Made by a program: the position numbers and the translations under genes
Notes under the pieces: model-generated
Database searches by the model: none
Seen by the model: only the letters and a program-made list of their open reading frames with translations
What the model was told of the DNA's origin: nothing
In this document: one piece after another, positions 8,757 to 18,823 of the stretch
Position numbering within the stretch: position 1 is the stretch's first letter
Layout of the letters: each line of letters opens with the position of its first letter
DNA from: an uncultured virus (IMG/VR IMGVR_UViG_3300027754_000050)
Taxonomy: Duplodnaviria; Heunggongvirae; Uroviricota; Caudoviricetes
DNA: 64,000 nt
Virus record (IMG/VR): IMGVR_UViG_3300027754_000050
Reading direction: 5' to 3' (one strand)

Positions 8757-11700
8757 TTATTTAGGAGGATTGTCTTTATAATCAATCTTAAAAGATACTT
8801 CTTCCTCTTGTTTTATAAAGTCATTCAATTCGTCTTTTTTGCTATTTAAACTTGATACTTGTGGCTCTTCATCCGAAAAAGATATGAAAGAAATTACTGA
8901 TGGGTTCTCAATGTTTGATGATATTACTCCATCTATCATTCCTGATCCATTCCGGTCTATTATTTGGAAAGTGTGTTCTGGCTGATGAAAACGTTGTCCA
9001 GGTATGGTAGCACCTTGCTTTTCATATTTAAAAAACTCAACAGAAACTTCCGAGCCTCCATCGGTTAAAGTTTTCCAATATGTATTAGCTCCTGACAATA
9101 TAATAGTAGTAAATCCAGCAGGATTATTACCATCTATTTCAGTTATCCAATAAGAAACGTCATCTATAAAAACAATAAAATTCTCTTGAAACAAGTTATT
9201 ATCTAATAAATTATTATCAGAATAACTTTGAAGACCTAAAATTGTTTTTATATTTCCTTCTAGTTTAAGTTTTAATCCTTTGTGGCTTAAATATCCTATC
9301 TTTTCTGTTACAATTTTATCCCAAATGTATATGGTTAGTCCGTTGGCATCGCCTTCATCATATCCTGAAATATAATATTGATCTGTTGTGCCTTCCACTA
9401 TACCAGAGATATGATATTCATAATCGCCTATCTTTTGATAACAATTTTTATATTCTAGAACTTCTGAGACAGGTGTCACATATGGGCTTAAAGCAGTTAC
9501 AATGGCTCTTAAAGACACAGTTAAAGTCCCCTCAGAAATTACAGAATGGTGATAACTGCTGTTTCCTAAAGGCTCCATTAGATCGTATTCTACAGTGTCG
9601 TTTGATTGAGGTAAAACAGCACTATGATCTAATAATAAACTTCCGTCTGATAAAATACTTCTAATTGGATAGGTAGTATATCCATATTCTGCAATACCGA
9701 TTCTCCAAGCCTCATCAGCAAGTCCTTTTTCTACATCATCAAGGGTTTTAATTCCTAATGCTGTAAAGTCTTTACTTGAATCAATTAGTTTATAAACATT
9801 ATTTTGACTTATATTGCATAATGTATTGTAAATAGGTTGTACAAAATTATTTAAATCGAATACAAATGCACATGTATTTAATTCTGAATCCTGAAAAATG
9901 GAGTCGCAATTGGACCCAGAGATATCCTCATCTATAGGGGAATCAATTCTAACCGTGTTGCCGTCCGATTTACTTACTGTATAATCTCCAGATATCGGAG
10001 ATGGAGATTTTATACTGATAAAAGACTCGCCAGTAGAATTAACTCCAATAGTAGAAAGAACAACAGACGGGCAAAACATTAGTATTTCATTATTGTAAGC
10101 TATTCCATCCATTACTAAAACAGAACTTGAAACAGCCAGCATATCTCTTAGTATGCCTCCTATCAACTCTCGAGGGTAACCCCGCTCTACACCCATCATA
10201 AGTCTGTTGAAATAATTATGCGATCCAGAAGCAACAACAAAATCATGACCAGAGTATGTTGTTAAAAATTCTAAATTTTCTGTTGGGGACTCAACAAATT
10301 CATTAAATCCACCAGTAAAATTAAATGTGTGTAAAACAGCGTGAAAAGGGCTATTTTCTTGAATTATTTCTTTTGCTTCTTCTATTTTATAGCCCGATAA
10401 CTCTTCTATTTCCAACATAATATTATAGCTACTACTAACACAAGCTGTGCATGGATCTATAAAATTTTTGTCAATATCACAAGGATTTTTTGAATTTCTT
10501 ATGCTTCCATTGTATTCATCCATGTGATAAATATTTTCACTATAAGGAAACTCTGTTCTTATTTTTCCATATACAAGATATTCATGAAAAGGATTTCTAT
10601 TTGGTATTACAATATTAAACATAACGTCGTCTTCTGGTATGACTCTAACATTCCAGTTTTTGGGTGGATAAGTCTGATCTCTTTCTTCTCTATTGTCCAT
10701 AAGAGGCAATAAGCGAATGTAGCTTTCAATAGTTTGAGCCGTCTCATTAGGAATGTTCTCATAAAGATACAACACTTTAAGTTCATCTCCGTCCATCAAA
10801 GTAATTGGAAGCCAGCCGTCTATACCGTCTAATCCTTCTCCTTCCCAAGACATAGTTGTTACGTTGTCAACAGTGCTAAACGAAACATAGGAAGAACTAA
10901 GAGAAACCCAATCTTCTTCTGTGGTACGAAGCCAAATTTCGAAGTTGTTTTCATCCAATTCAAGAGCGACTTTTTCTAATATGAAGTCATTGCTTTCATC
11001 ATAAAAAAAAGATTCCTGCCAAGTGTAGGAAGATATTACTTGCCAAAGTTGCGTAATCTTATTTAAAACAATTCCACTATGTTCTAGAGCTTCATGTAGT
11101 CCATTTTTTGTTCCCTTTTTTTTGTATAAAGGAACTGCTCTTTTAATTTGACCGCGCCATCGAGTCGGATCATCCGTTCTTAATTTAAGACCAAAGTAAT
11201 TTGATAAATATGGCAATAAGAACTCATTTAAAGCATTGGGATCATGTAGATCAACGAGTTGATTGGTTAAATTTTCTAAAACATTAAAGCCCATGGCTAT
11301 TGTTTTATTCGTTCTGTCTATGACATCAGCACTAACATCAGAATCAGCCAAAGAAGATTTAAAAACTTCTGGAGTGTATCTTTCTAATAGAGTCGTATAT
11401 TTCTTTGGATCCGTGTAGTGCGTTGGTATGCTTGTAGTGGTTTCGGTGCTACCAGATAAACTGAATTTATAGTGCTGTGATAAAGTGCTTCCTGCAATTA
11501 ATGGGGTCCAAGTCCAACAAATAAAATAATCGCCTTCTCGCATTCCTTTCGGTTCCCACCTATATTTAAATTTTCCATATACCAGTTCTTCTTCTTCATT
11601 CATTTCTACTCTTCCTAGAAAAGAATTATCTAAGTCAGTAGAAAGCCAAGCCGGATACTCTTCGTTTCCTACAATGTGAACTGGTATAGCTTCTTTGAAA

Positions 11701-12014
11701 AAAAATGTGTTTATGCTTTTATTTTTGTTAAGATCTTGTCTTTTTTTAGAAGCTATTTTTATATTTTCTTCTGTGGGATCTGCACACGCTAAAGCTTCTG
11801 CCACTAACACTAACTTTAATTGTTCTGCGTCGAAGTCTGTACTTTCATATTTTTGTAAATTACCACTAGAAAAATCTCTTCCAACATAATAAATCGTTAA
11901 GTTGTTCACCTTGTATGGATTAGATTCAAAGCACCCGTCTGCTCCGGGAGCATCTATATCAAATACAACTGTATCGACAACAGAAGGATTTTCTTTTATT
12001 GTAAGTATTGCCAT
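8757..12014 (-). CDS. Large baseplate wedge protein (tail protein I / gp7-like)
   Basis: DPNALNEFLLPYLSNYFGLKL...WRGQIKRAVPLYKKKGTK motif; follows the baseplate J/gp6 gene. Confidence 0.7.
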   Translation of the reverse strand: MAILTIKENPSVVDTVVFDIDAPGADGCFESNPYKVNNLTIYYVGRDFSSGNLQKYESTDFDAEQLKLVLVAEALACADPTEENIKIASKKRQDLNKNKSINTFFFKEAIPVHIVGNEEYPAWLSTDLDNSFLGRVEMNEEEELVYGKFKYRWEPKGMREGDYFICWTWTPLIAGSTLSQHYKFSLSGSTETTTSIPTHYTDPKKYTTLLERYTPEVFKSSLADSDVSADVIDRTNKTIAMGFNVLENLTNQLVDLHDPNALNEFLLPYLSNYFGLKLRTDDPTRWRGQIKRAVPLYKKKGTKNGLHEALEHSGIVLNKITQLWQVISSYTWQESFFYDESNDFILEKVALELDENNFEIWLRTTEEDWVSLSSSYVSFSTVDNVTTMSWEGEGLDGIDGWLPITLMDGDELKVLYLYENIPNETAQTIESYIRLLPLMDNREERDQTYPPKNWNVRVIPEDDVMFNIVIPNRNPFHEYLVYGKIRTEFPYSENIYHMDEYNGSIRNSKNPCDIDKNFIDPCTACVSSSYNIMLEIEELSGYKIEEAKEIIQENSPFHAVLHTFNFTGGFNEFVESPTENLEFLTTYSGHDFVVASGSHNYFNRLMMGVERGYPRELIGGILRDMLAVSSSVLVMDGIAYNNEILMFCPSVVLSTIGVNSTGESFISIKSPSPISGDYTVSKSDGNTVRIDSPIDEDISGSNCDSIFQDSELNTCAFVFDLNNFVQPIYNTLCNISQNNVYKLIDSSKDFTALGIKTLDDVEKGLADEAWRIGIAEYGYTTYPIRSILSDGSLLLDHSAVLPQSNDTVEYDLMEPLGNSSYHHSVISEGTLTVSLRAIVTALSPYVTPVSEVLEYKNCYQKIGDYEYHISGIVEGTTDQYYISGYDEGDANGLTIYIWDKIVTEKIGYLSHKGLKLKLEGNIKTILGLQSYSDNNLLDNNLFQENFIVFIDDVSYWITEIDGNNPAGFTTIILSGANTYWKTLTDGGSEVSVEFFKYEKQGATIPGQRFHQPEHTFQIIDRNGSGMIDGVISSNIENPSVISFISFSDEEPQVSSLNSKKDELNDFIKQEEEVSFKIDYKDNPPK

Positions 12015-12024
12015 TTATTTCCTG

Positions 12025-13584
12025 TTATTCGTATGTGAAGCTTATCTGTATGGTATCTGGTCGTATTATTTCATAGAATTTTGTTGTAACATGTGCTCCG
12101 CTATTTGAATCAGAGTTGGTTATAAGATTTATTTCTGTTCTTGTAATTTCTTTTAAATCTGATAAAGAAGTGGATATATTGCTACTTCTTAAGTCTTGTT
12201 TAAACTCCCAATTAACCAAAGAAAAAAATTGGTTCAATCTTTGTTCTATCTTAACTCTTAATTCGTTCTCAAATTTCTTGTAAAATCTGTTAATTACGAT
12301 ATCTATTACAACATCTACCTCCACTACAACACCATTTTTTATACAAATAAAATCTGTAAACATTTTTAATTCATTGATTCTATTGTTTAATTCTAATTTT
12401 AACTCCTCTGAAGCTTCTACAAGATGATCTTGTCCATCTAAAGCTAATACGTAAATATCTACTATATTACCGGAGCAACCATAGTTTCTTAATACTGCTG
12501 TAGACTTTCCTATTTTCCCTTGATAAGGAGTAACAAACTGATCCGATATGGTTTTGTAGTCAAGACCTGTTACTGCTCTTTGCTGTGCTCTAATCCACTT
12601 AGGAAGTTTATCTCTAATATCTTCTATTGTATCGCCATCATATCCATATTGTAATTTAGTGTAGTTAGAAAAGGATACTGGTATTGGGAATAACAAGCCT
12701 TTTGAGTTTGCTATAATTTGTTTTTTCATCGCATTATTAACAAGATTACCAATTATGCCGCCACCAACTCGGTACTCAACTGTAGCAAGACTTCCAGATT
12801 GAGGAATTAGACCAGCTCTATTATTACCAAAAACAATATAACCTTTATATTCTGAGTCAAATTCTAGTCGATACTCTCTTCTTGGTTGTGAATCTGTAAA
12901 GTAACTTACTTGATTCCACAGAACACCGTCAACATACACTCGCACAGAATCGTATATAACTGGATACTCTGCTAATGATATACTTTGCCCGACAGCTCCT
13001 GTGGCAATATATGTTTGACTTCTAGAAACTCCTTCTATTCCTATTAAGCTAGCATTTACAAGAGATCCCGCCGGAATTATTATATTTTCATCAAAAATAG
13101 GATTGTTATTCGCATCAGCCGGAAAAATTTCTATTTCAATATTTCCTTTGCCAGATCCTGCTCCAACTTCTAAGCTTACAGGTGTTGGAATTTCAAGATC
13201 TGTGGTTAAAATGTTAGTAATAGTCCCAGACCATAAAGAACTTGCTGCTATAGGTGGCTGTGGGTTAAAACCTACCAGTTTGGCTAGCCTAAATGCATTT
13301 TCTGTTTCTGTTACAGTATCTATGAACACCTCGTTGGCTATTTGATCCATTTTAAAACTTAATGTATCTGCAAGAAACGCCCAATTTTCTATTAACATAA
13401 GGCCTAAAGAAGATTCTACAAAATCTGAAAAGTCCTTATCAAAGTTTTGCTTTGTGAAATCTATCAACCTGCTTTTCATAGACCAATAGTCTTGATTCGT
13501 ATAGTTAAGATTGAAAATATTTGGTGTTGTTATATTGTTGGATTGAGAATATGGAGTAACATCAAATGGGCAATTGTTTATCAT
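12025..13584 (-). CDS. Baseplate wedge subunit (T4 gp6 / baseplate J-like)
   Basis: NYTNQDY...DFVESSLGLMLIE...LSFKMD...E.FIDT; FGNN..G.IP; GDTIEDIR...QQRAVTGLDY. Confidence 0.88.
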   Translation of the reverse strand: MINNCPFDVTPYSQSNNITTPNIFNLNYTNQDYWSMKSRLIDFTKQNFDKDFSDFVESSLGLMLIENWAFLADTLSFKMDQIANEVFIDTVTETENAFRLAKLVGFNPQPPIAASSLWSGTITNILTTDLEIPTPVSLEVGAGSGKGNIEIEIFPADANNNPIFDENIIIPAGSLVNASLIGIEGVSRSQTYIATGAVGQSISLAEYPVIYDSVRVYVDGVLWNQVSYFTDSQPRREYRLEFDSEYKGYIVFGNNRAGLIPQSGSLATVEYRVGGGIIGNLVNNAMKKQIIANSKGLLFPIPVSFSNYTKLQYGYDGDTIEDIRDKLPKWIRAQQRAVTGLDYKTISDQFVTPYQGKIGKSTAVLRNYGCSGNIVDIYVLALDGQDHLVEASEELKLELNNRINELKMFTDFICIKNGVVVEVDVVIDIVINRFYKKFENELRVKIEQRLNQFFSLVNWEFKQDLRSSNISTSLSDLKEITRTEINLITNSDSNSGAHVTTKFYEIIRPDTIQISFTYE

Positions 13585-13600
13585 AAATTCCTTGTTTTTT

Positions 13601-14026
13601 CTATGCTTGTCCTGAAATTGGCATTTTTAACAATAACTCTTCTACTTGCTTTATGTTCTGCGGGTCAATAAAAAGTATCCTGATCTGCAAAATATGAGCG
13701 GCTTCTGACAAGTTATCATCTACATTAAGTGAGTCTATATCTATGCTTTTTAAAACTTCTATTTGTGACACAGCAACACGAGGTTCCCATCTTGCAAGGG
13801 ATCTTGCTATTACCGCTTTTGCGGCTTGCTGAAGAACTGAGTCATTCGGCTCAAACATTAACTTTTTCAATGGAGTGCCATATTCTGGATTCATACACCT
13901 TTCTCCAGGATTTGTTAAAAGCAAAATTAACATATCCGCTTTTATTTGTTCGATTCCATCTTGAGAATAGAAATATCCTTTATGCGTTTTTTCTATTGGA
14001 TAGGGGAAGCCTAAAAAAGTTAACAT
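13601..14026 (-). CDS. Baseplate gp25-like protein
   Basis: LLTNPGERCMNPEYGTPLKKLMFEP...WEPRV. Confidence 0.92.
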   Translation of the reverse strand: MLTFLGFPYPIEKTHKGYFYSQDGIEQIKADMLILLLTNPGERCMNPEYGTPLKKLMFEPNDSVLQQAAKAVIARSLARWEPRVAVSQIEVLKSIDIDSLNVDDNLSEAAHILQIRILFIDPQNIKQVEELLLKMPISGQA

Positions 14027-14042
14027 TATAATTCCTTTTTCT

Positions 14043-16316
14043 CTAGCATGGAGGAGATGGCTTCCTAAATGGAGACATCATGAAAATAGATGCTAGTGGT
14101 GCACTTGGACTTGTACTAGCATATACACGGTCACTTATTTTTATTGTTCCGTCACACAGGTCATATACCAAAACAGGAGCTATACAAGGTTGTGACGTAC
14201 CACAACAACCAGCACCGCCTGGCGGATCGCAGTCTCGCCCAGCTAATAACAAAATTAACTCTTTTGCCAAGAATAAATGCATCTTATCGGATATGTTTAT
14301 ATATACATCTTTTATATACAAAAGTTTAATACGGCTAATAATCTCAATCTTATCTGCGGGATTTTCCTCAGGATCTCCAATAATTGATATCTGGTTGTCG
14401 TATGTGCTAACAACATAGTTGCCACCAACTCTTAAAAAAACTAGTCCAGGACCGCTAGGAACTTCTTGGTACCTATGGATATGTGGTCCACGAACTGTAT
14501 TGTCATAATGAGGACAGTATATTTGTATATATTGTTGCTGAGTTATTGTCTGATCATAGTCATCATGAAATTTCATTTCCAATCCATAGCCAGTTCTTAT
14601 TTTAACAAAAGCTCTATTGGCCTTGTTGATTGGAACGCCACCATCTTTTCTGCACGGACTTCCTTGTAAGTTTGTGTAATCCACCATATCTATGGTGTGT
14701 TTACTTGTTGAATGTATATGAATGCCTCGTTCTTGCCCAGCCATATTAGGAGGATAACCGGGACAGTCTTTTTGAAAAACTGTATGATCGTTTAATTCAA
14801 TCTTGTTTCCACTTGCAGTTAGTATTCTTATATAATTATCTTTACCTCTTAGTTTTGAACCAGGTCCTGAATGAGGGTTTGGTGGAAATTCATTGTAAAC
14901 AGCATCTCCTTGTGGACTTTCTACATCACTCATTTCTATTCGGTGACCAGTTGCTGATTGCCAAAAAGTTCTACCTACATAATGATTATTACAACCAAAG
15001 TCAAACTCCTTTAGCGATCTTTCCCATATCGGATCTCCAAAAGGTTCCTCTACAGAGTCATCCATAACAAAAGTGTGACCTGAGATTGACATAAATTGAA
15101 TGCCAGATTGAGGAAGTTCTACTACTGGATTTTGTGGCGTACCAGGACCCTTATAAGGTCTACACTCTTGTTTTTGTTTAAAATATGGGTTGTCTCCAAC
15201 CTGCGATTTAACATATTTTGTTTTTGGGTGTCCGGTACTTGGATGCCCTCCTATAATTAAATTTTTAGGGGCGAATCCCGTCCAATTATCATTGCACTTT
15301 GTTGTTTCTTTTTTTATTCCGAGAATTGGTTCTATTCTATTTGTCTCCCCTTCCTGTTCTGAGTCTGCCTGCGAAATAATGTCCGTATCTTGTCCAAAAA
15401 TTTTGTCCGGATCCTCCATTTGTGTTGGTTCTGGAAACTTGTTTGGGTGCCCATGCCCGATACCCAAATCAGAACCGGAGGCCGCTCCTTCCACACAGCT
15501 TGTATCTCCCGATGACACACCACAGTCTTTGTGTGCCCATTGACCTGCATAATGCAAATGATCATCTTTTAGCATGATCCAATTGCCACAGCTTGACATG
15601 ATTTCAAATCTTTTCCATTTTCTGTTACATTTTGGATCTCCATCCACCATTTTTATTGTGTGCTTTTCAGGAGTTTTGAATCCATATATATTTGGATAAG
15701 TAATAAGTCTTTGTGCTGCTTCGCCTGATCCGTCTGCAAAATCAGTAATACTACTTGGATCAAAACCATTATAATTTTCTGTGTTCCAAGGAGGCAATGA
15801 TTGTGACTCATCATCAGGTCCAACCATGTATCCTTTTCTGTGACCTTTAGAAACTGCCTCCCACTCAGGCATTTTTAGTCCAAATTTGTCGCCACCAGGA
15901 CCTCTGTCTCTACCCCATGTTGTTCCAATATAATATGGAGATCCTCTAGATCCATGTGCAAATAAAATGCACAATTTACTTCCTGCCGGGGGTACCCAAG
16001 TCATTCCACAATCATCAAAACCACCCATATTACTAACAGGAAGAGCCCAAGGAAAAGAACGAAACGGCTTATTTGGGTCATGAAAAATAGGACTAAACCA
16101 TCTTACTCTATTTTGCTTCCAAAAATCTATAGTTTCTAAACACAACGCAGTATATAAACCGAATTGCATCTGATTAGGCTCTAGAACAGAAGCAGAAGCA
16201 ACTAGTTCAGACTTTACAACACCTTTCATTTCATAATTAACATTACCAAGCCTATTTTCTAGAGATTCTATTCTGCTTTTTAGGCTATTTACTTCTTCTT
16301 GCTGTGCTAGTGACAT
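14043..16316 (-). CDS. Baseplate hub/spike (gp5/VgrG-like OB fold plus beta repeats)
   Basis: WALP...GG...G..WVPPAGSKLCILFAHG..GSPYYIG OB-fold motif; repeated SGH.F.MDD / SGNKIELND beta-helix motifs. Confidence 0.8.
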   Translation of the reverse strand: MSLAQQEEVNSLKSRIESLENRLGNVNYEMKGVVKSELVASASVLEPNQMQFGLYTALCLETIDFWKQNRVRWFSPIFHDPNKPFRSFPWALPVSNMGGFDDCGMTWVPPAGSKLCILFAHGSRGSPYYIGTTWGRDRGPGGDKFGLKMPEWEAVSKGHRKGYMVGPDDESQSLPPWNTENYNGFDPSSITDFADGSGEAAQRLITYPNIYGFKTPEKHTIKMVDGDPKCNRKWKRFEIMSSCGNWIMLKDDHLHYAGQWAHKDCGVSSGDTSCVEGAASGSDLGIGHGHPNKFPEPTQMEDPDKIFGQDTDIISQADSEQEGETNRIEPILGIKKETTKCNDNWTGFAPKNLIIGGHPSTGHPKTKYVKSQVGDNPYFKQKQECRPYKGPGTPQNPVVELPQSGIQFMSISGHTFVMDDSVEEPFGDPIWERSLKEFDFGCNNHYVGRTFWQSATGHRIEMSDVESPQGDAVYNEFPPNPHSGPGSKLRGKDNYIRILTASGNKIELNDHTVFQKDCPGYPPNMAGQERGIHIHSTSKHTIDMVDYTNLQGSPCRKDGGVPINKANRAFVKIRTGYGLEMKFHDDYDQTITQQQYIQIYCPHYDNTVRGPHIHRYQEVPSGPGLVFLRVGGNYVVSTYDNQISIIGDPEENPADKIEIISRIKLLYIKDVYINISDKMHLFLAKELILLLAGRDCDPPGGAGCCGTSQPCIAPVLVYDLCDGTIKISDRVYASTSPSAPLASIFMMSPFRKPSPPC

Positions 16317-16325
16317 TATTTTCCC

Positions 16326-17906
16326 TTATTTTTGTGGCTTTTCCGAGCCTGCATTCGTCATTTCTTTACCACACTTACCACCAAGCGGTTCATTGGCTTT
16401 AACTTCTTCGTTTGGTGCTGGTAGGAACACACTTATTGTAGTAACATAAGAACCAGAAGTAATTTGATGGTCTACTCCCTTAATCATCCACTTTTTGTTA
16501 GATAAAGTCACATTGCAGTTTGTTTCCGACACCCATTCACAGGGCCAGTCACCGAGTCCTTTACCAACCTTTGTGTCTTGATCAATATAACGTGGTTCTA
16601 AAACAACTATGCTAATCCACTTAGTAGTAAGATAAACCGGATTAACAAATCTAGGGTTCCCAAACACCTTAATCTCAGCACTTATTGATGTTTGTACTGT
16701 GTAGTTTTTTTCAGCTCTTACGTTTTCTGCGAATGTTTTTTGTGTTCTTGCTGGTTGGTCTTCTTTGTTTCTCCATACATCTTGACTAATGTGTATTGGT
16801 GGAGAAGTTTGTCCGCCAGTTGATTGTAGCCCGTCTTTTTCTTTTGCTTTCATAGATCGCCCGTTATCATCTCCATGCTCATCAGTACTGCCTGAACTAT
16901 CGATCCCACCACTGCCATCATGACCTCCTAGCGGCCATGTTATGCTTGGAGTGAATGAAATAACCGCTGACTTGTTTCCTCCATTTACAACATATGTTGC
17001 TATACCTTTACATTCTGGGTCTTCAGGATCTTCTAAGATTACTATTCCTGCATTTTGTGGATTGTAAAGTATCAAACAACCTTTATCATTCGAAGTTGTC
17101 GTATCGTTTAGCCATCTTCTTGTGCACGTAACATTACTTTCTTGCTCAGATTGATGAGTGGCCCTATAGCCATCTGAGAAGCCATCTTTTGGACTGTATT
17201 TGAATTCAGTGCCTGTTTTATCATGAAATACAACTTCTTTAAATTTTGGATCTTTTTTTGTATAAACTGCTTTTATAGCATCTTTTAATGATTTTTTTTC
17301 TTCATCTGTACCTTCTGCTGTTTCATGAGGGTTTTCTACAGATCGAATAAACCCATCTGTTCCCTCAAGGATAAACTTAATGGATCCACCATCAAAATTT
17401 GTTTGCAGTGTTAGTGGAACCACCTTTATCGTTGCACCTCCTGGCTGTCCTGGAGGCCAAGGCTCTCCATGTGTTAGATTTGTAATTTTCTTTTTAATAT
17501 TATCGCAATCTTGCATTCTCCATCCAAATTCTATTTCACAGCCACCCGTACCCTGTTCTACTGAATCAACTTTTGTCATATCTTTATTCAGTGCGTGTAC
17601 AATTGCTTTATATGTTTCTCCATCAGTGTCTATTCCTTCAATTTTAAAGCCACAACCTCCTGTTCCCGTTGAAGTTCCATACTGAAAACTTGTTATGCAC
17701 GCACGATTATCTGTTGGCGGAGAAGACTCGTTTCCCTCTAGAAGTATTTTTTCTCCACCAATTGTAAGCTCGACCATTGGTGTAAATACTGCATAATCTG
17801 AATTCTCTATTATATTGTCATATCCAGACTCACTGCCAGCGGTACTTGCGTAGGCAGGTTGTGATAGGTACTCAGCAATGCATGTTGGTGGTGATGGTTT
17901 AGCCAT
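16326..17906 (-). CDS. Baseplate hub (gp27/gpD-like) protein
   Basis: Position before gp5; AEIKVFGNP and WMIKGVDHQITSGSYVTTI C-terminal motifs. Confidence 0.6.
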   Translation of the reverse strand: MAKPSPPTCIAEYLSQPAYASTAGSESGYDNIIENSDYAVFTPMVELTIGGEKILLEGNESSPPTDNRACITSFQYGTSTGTGGCGFKIEGIDTDGETYKAIVHALNKDMTKVDSVEQGTGGCEIEFGWRMQDCDNIKKKITNLTHGEPWPPGQPGGATIKVVPLTLQTNFDGGSIKFILEGTDGFIRSVENPHETAEGTDEEKKSLKDAIKAVYTKKDPKFKEVVFHDKTGTEFKYSPKDGFSDGYRATHQSEQESNVTCTRRWLNDTTTSNDKGCLILYNPQNAGIVILEDPEDPECKGIATYVVNGGNKSAVISFTPSITWPLGGHDGSGGIDSSGSTDEHGDDNGRSMKAKEKDGLQSTGGQTSPPIHISQDVWRNKEDQPARTQKTFAENVRAEKNYTVQTSISAEIKVFGNPRFVNPVYLTTKWISIVVLEPRYIDQDTKVGKGLGDWPCEWVSETNCNVTLSNKKWMIKGVDHQITSGSYVTTISVFLPAPNEEVKANEPLGGKCGKEMTNAGSEKPQK

Positions 17907-18242
17907 TTATCTTAAAGTTTCTTTTGGAATTACTATATTTCTTCCTGTTTTGAATTCAAATATATCTTTTATTTTGTTGGCTTCCATAATTCTCCACCAA
18001 AAATCAACAGTTCCATACGCAGAATAAGAAACTAAATCTGGCCTATATTCTGTTCCAGGCGTTATTACATAATACTTATCATTTACAGAAGATTTATATA
18101 TAGACTTTTTGTATAGAGTAAAACTTATTAGCTTATTTTCTGTATAAAAAACTATTTTAGACTCTCTGTATCTGCTAGATACTATTGTAAACCTTCCAAT
18201 AGGCATCTCGGATTCTTTAGGTATTGTTATGTAATTGGCCAT
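17907..18242 (-). CDS. Baseplate wedge gp53/LysM-like protein
   Basis: EYRPDLVSYSAYGTVDFWWRIMEANKIKD; likely start MANYIT at 18242. Confidence 0.75.
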   Translation of the reverse strand: MANYITIPKESEMPIGRFTIVSSRYRESKIVFYTENKLISFTLYKKSIYKSSVNDKYYVITPGTEYRPDLVSYSAYGTVDFWWRIMEANKIKDIFEFKTGRNIVIPKETLR

Positions 18243-18243
18243 A

Positions 18244-18810
18244 TTAATATCCAGTCTTGAATATTCTGCTGTCAGTTGGTAATTGTAATGCGTTATACGC
18301 CACATCAAATGTTAAATCTATATCTACCTTATATGGAACAAAAATGCCCTCTTTGTGAGTATTCCATGGCACAGTTGTATCGTATTTTACAGTATAGCTT
18401 CTTAATACAGCACAAATTCCTTCCTCTTCGTTGCTTAATAGATCTCCACACCGTAATTTACAAATAGGAGGAGGATATCCATTATCGTCTTGTGGATAAC
18501 AAGCAGACTGAAGCAGTCTAATATTTGACATTATTTTTTCTGCTGACTTTGAGTTTTCATTTTTTACGCTTTGTATAACAAAATGGCAAGTCCATCCTAT
18601 TGATCTTACCTCTGAGTACGAATAAATATTATATGGAGACGCTTTGCCAATACCAGTTTCATTCGCATAGTTGGCACTTTTACTATCGGATATATCAGGC
18701 AAAATATCCATGTCAATTTGGGTGTCGTGTATTTTTATCCAGCATAGACATTCACCTTTTTTGTCTTTTTTAAGAAGATCCAGTTCTCCGCTTTCTACCG
18801 TTGCCTTCAT
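18244..18810 (-). CDS. Tail tube-initiator-like protein
   Basis: ISDSKSANY...G+..P...YS.SE.R...PPPICKLRCG; start MKATV at 18810 after AAGGAAAAT. Confidence 0.6.
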   Translation of the reverse strand: MKATVESGELDLLKKDKKGECLCWIKIHDTQIDMDILPDISDSKSANYANETGIGKASPYNIYSYSEVRSIGWTCHFVIQSVKNENSKSAEKIMSNIRLLQSACYPQDDNGYPPPICKLRCGDLLSNEEEGICAVLRSYTVKYDTTVPWNTHKEGIFVPYKVDIDLTFDVAYNALQLPTDSRIFKTGY

Positions 18811-18823
18811 ATTTTCCTTATTT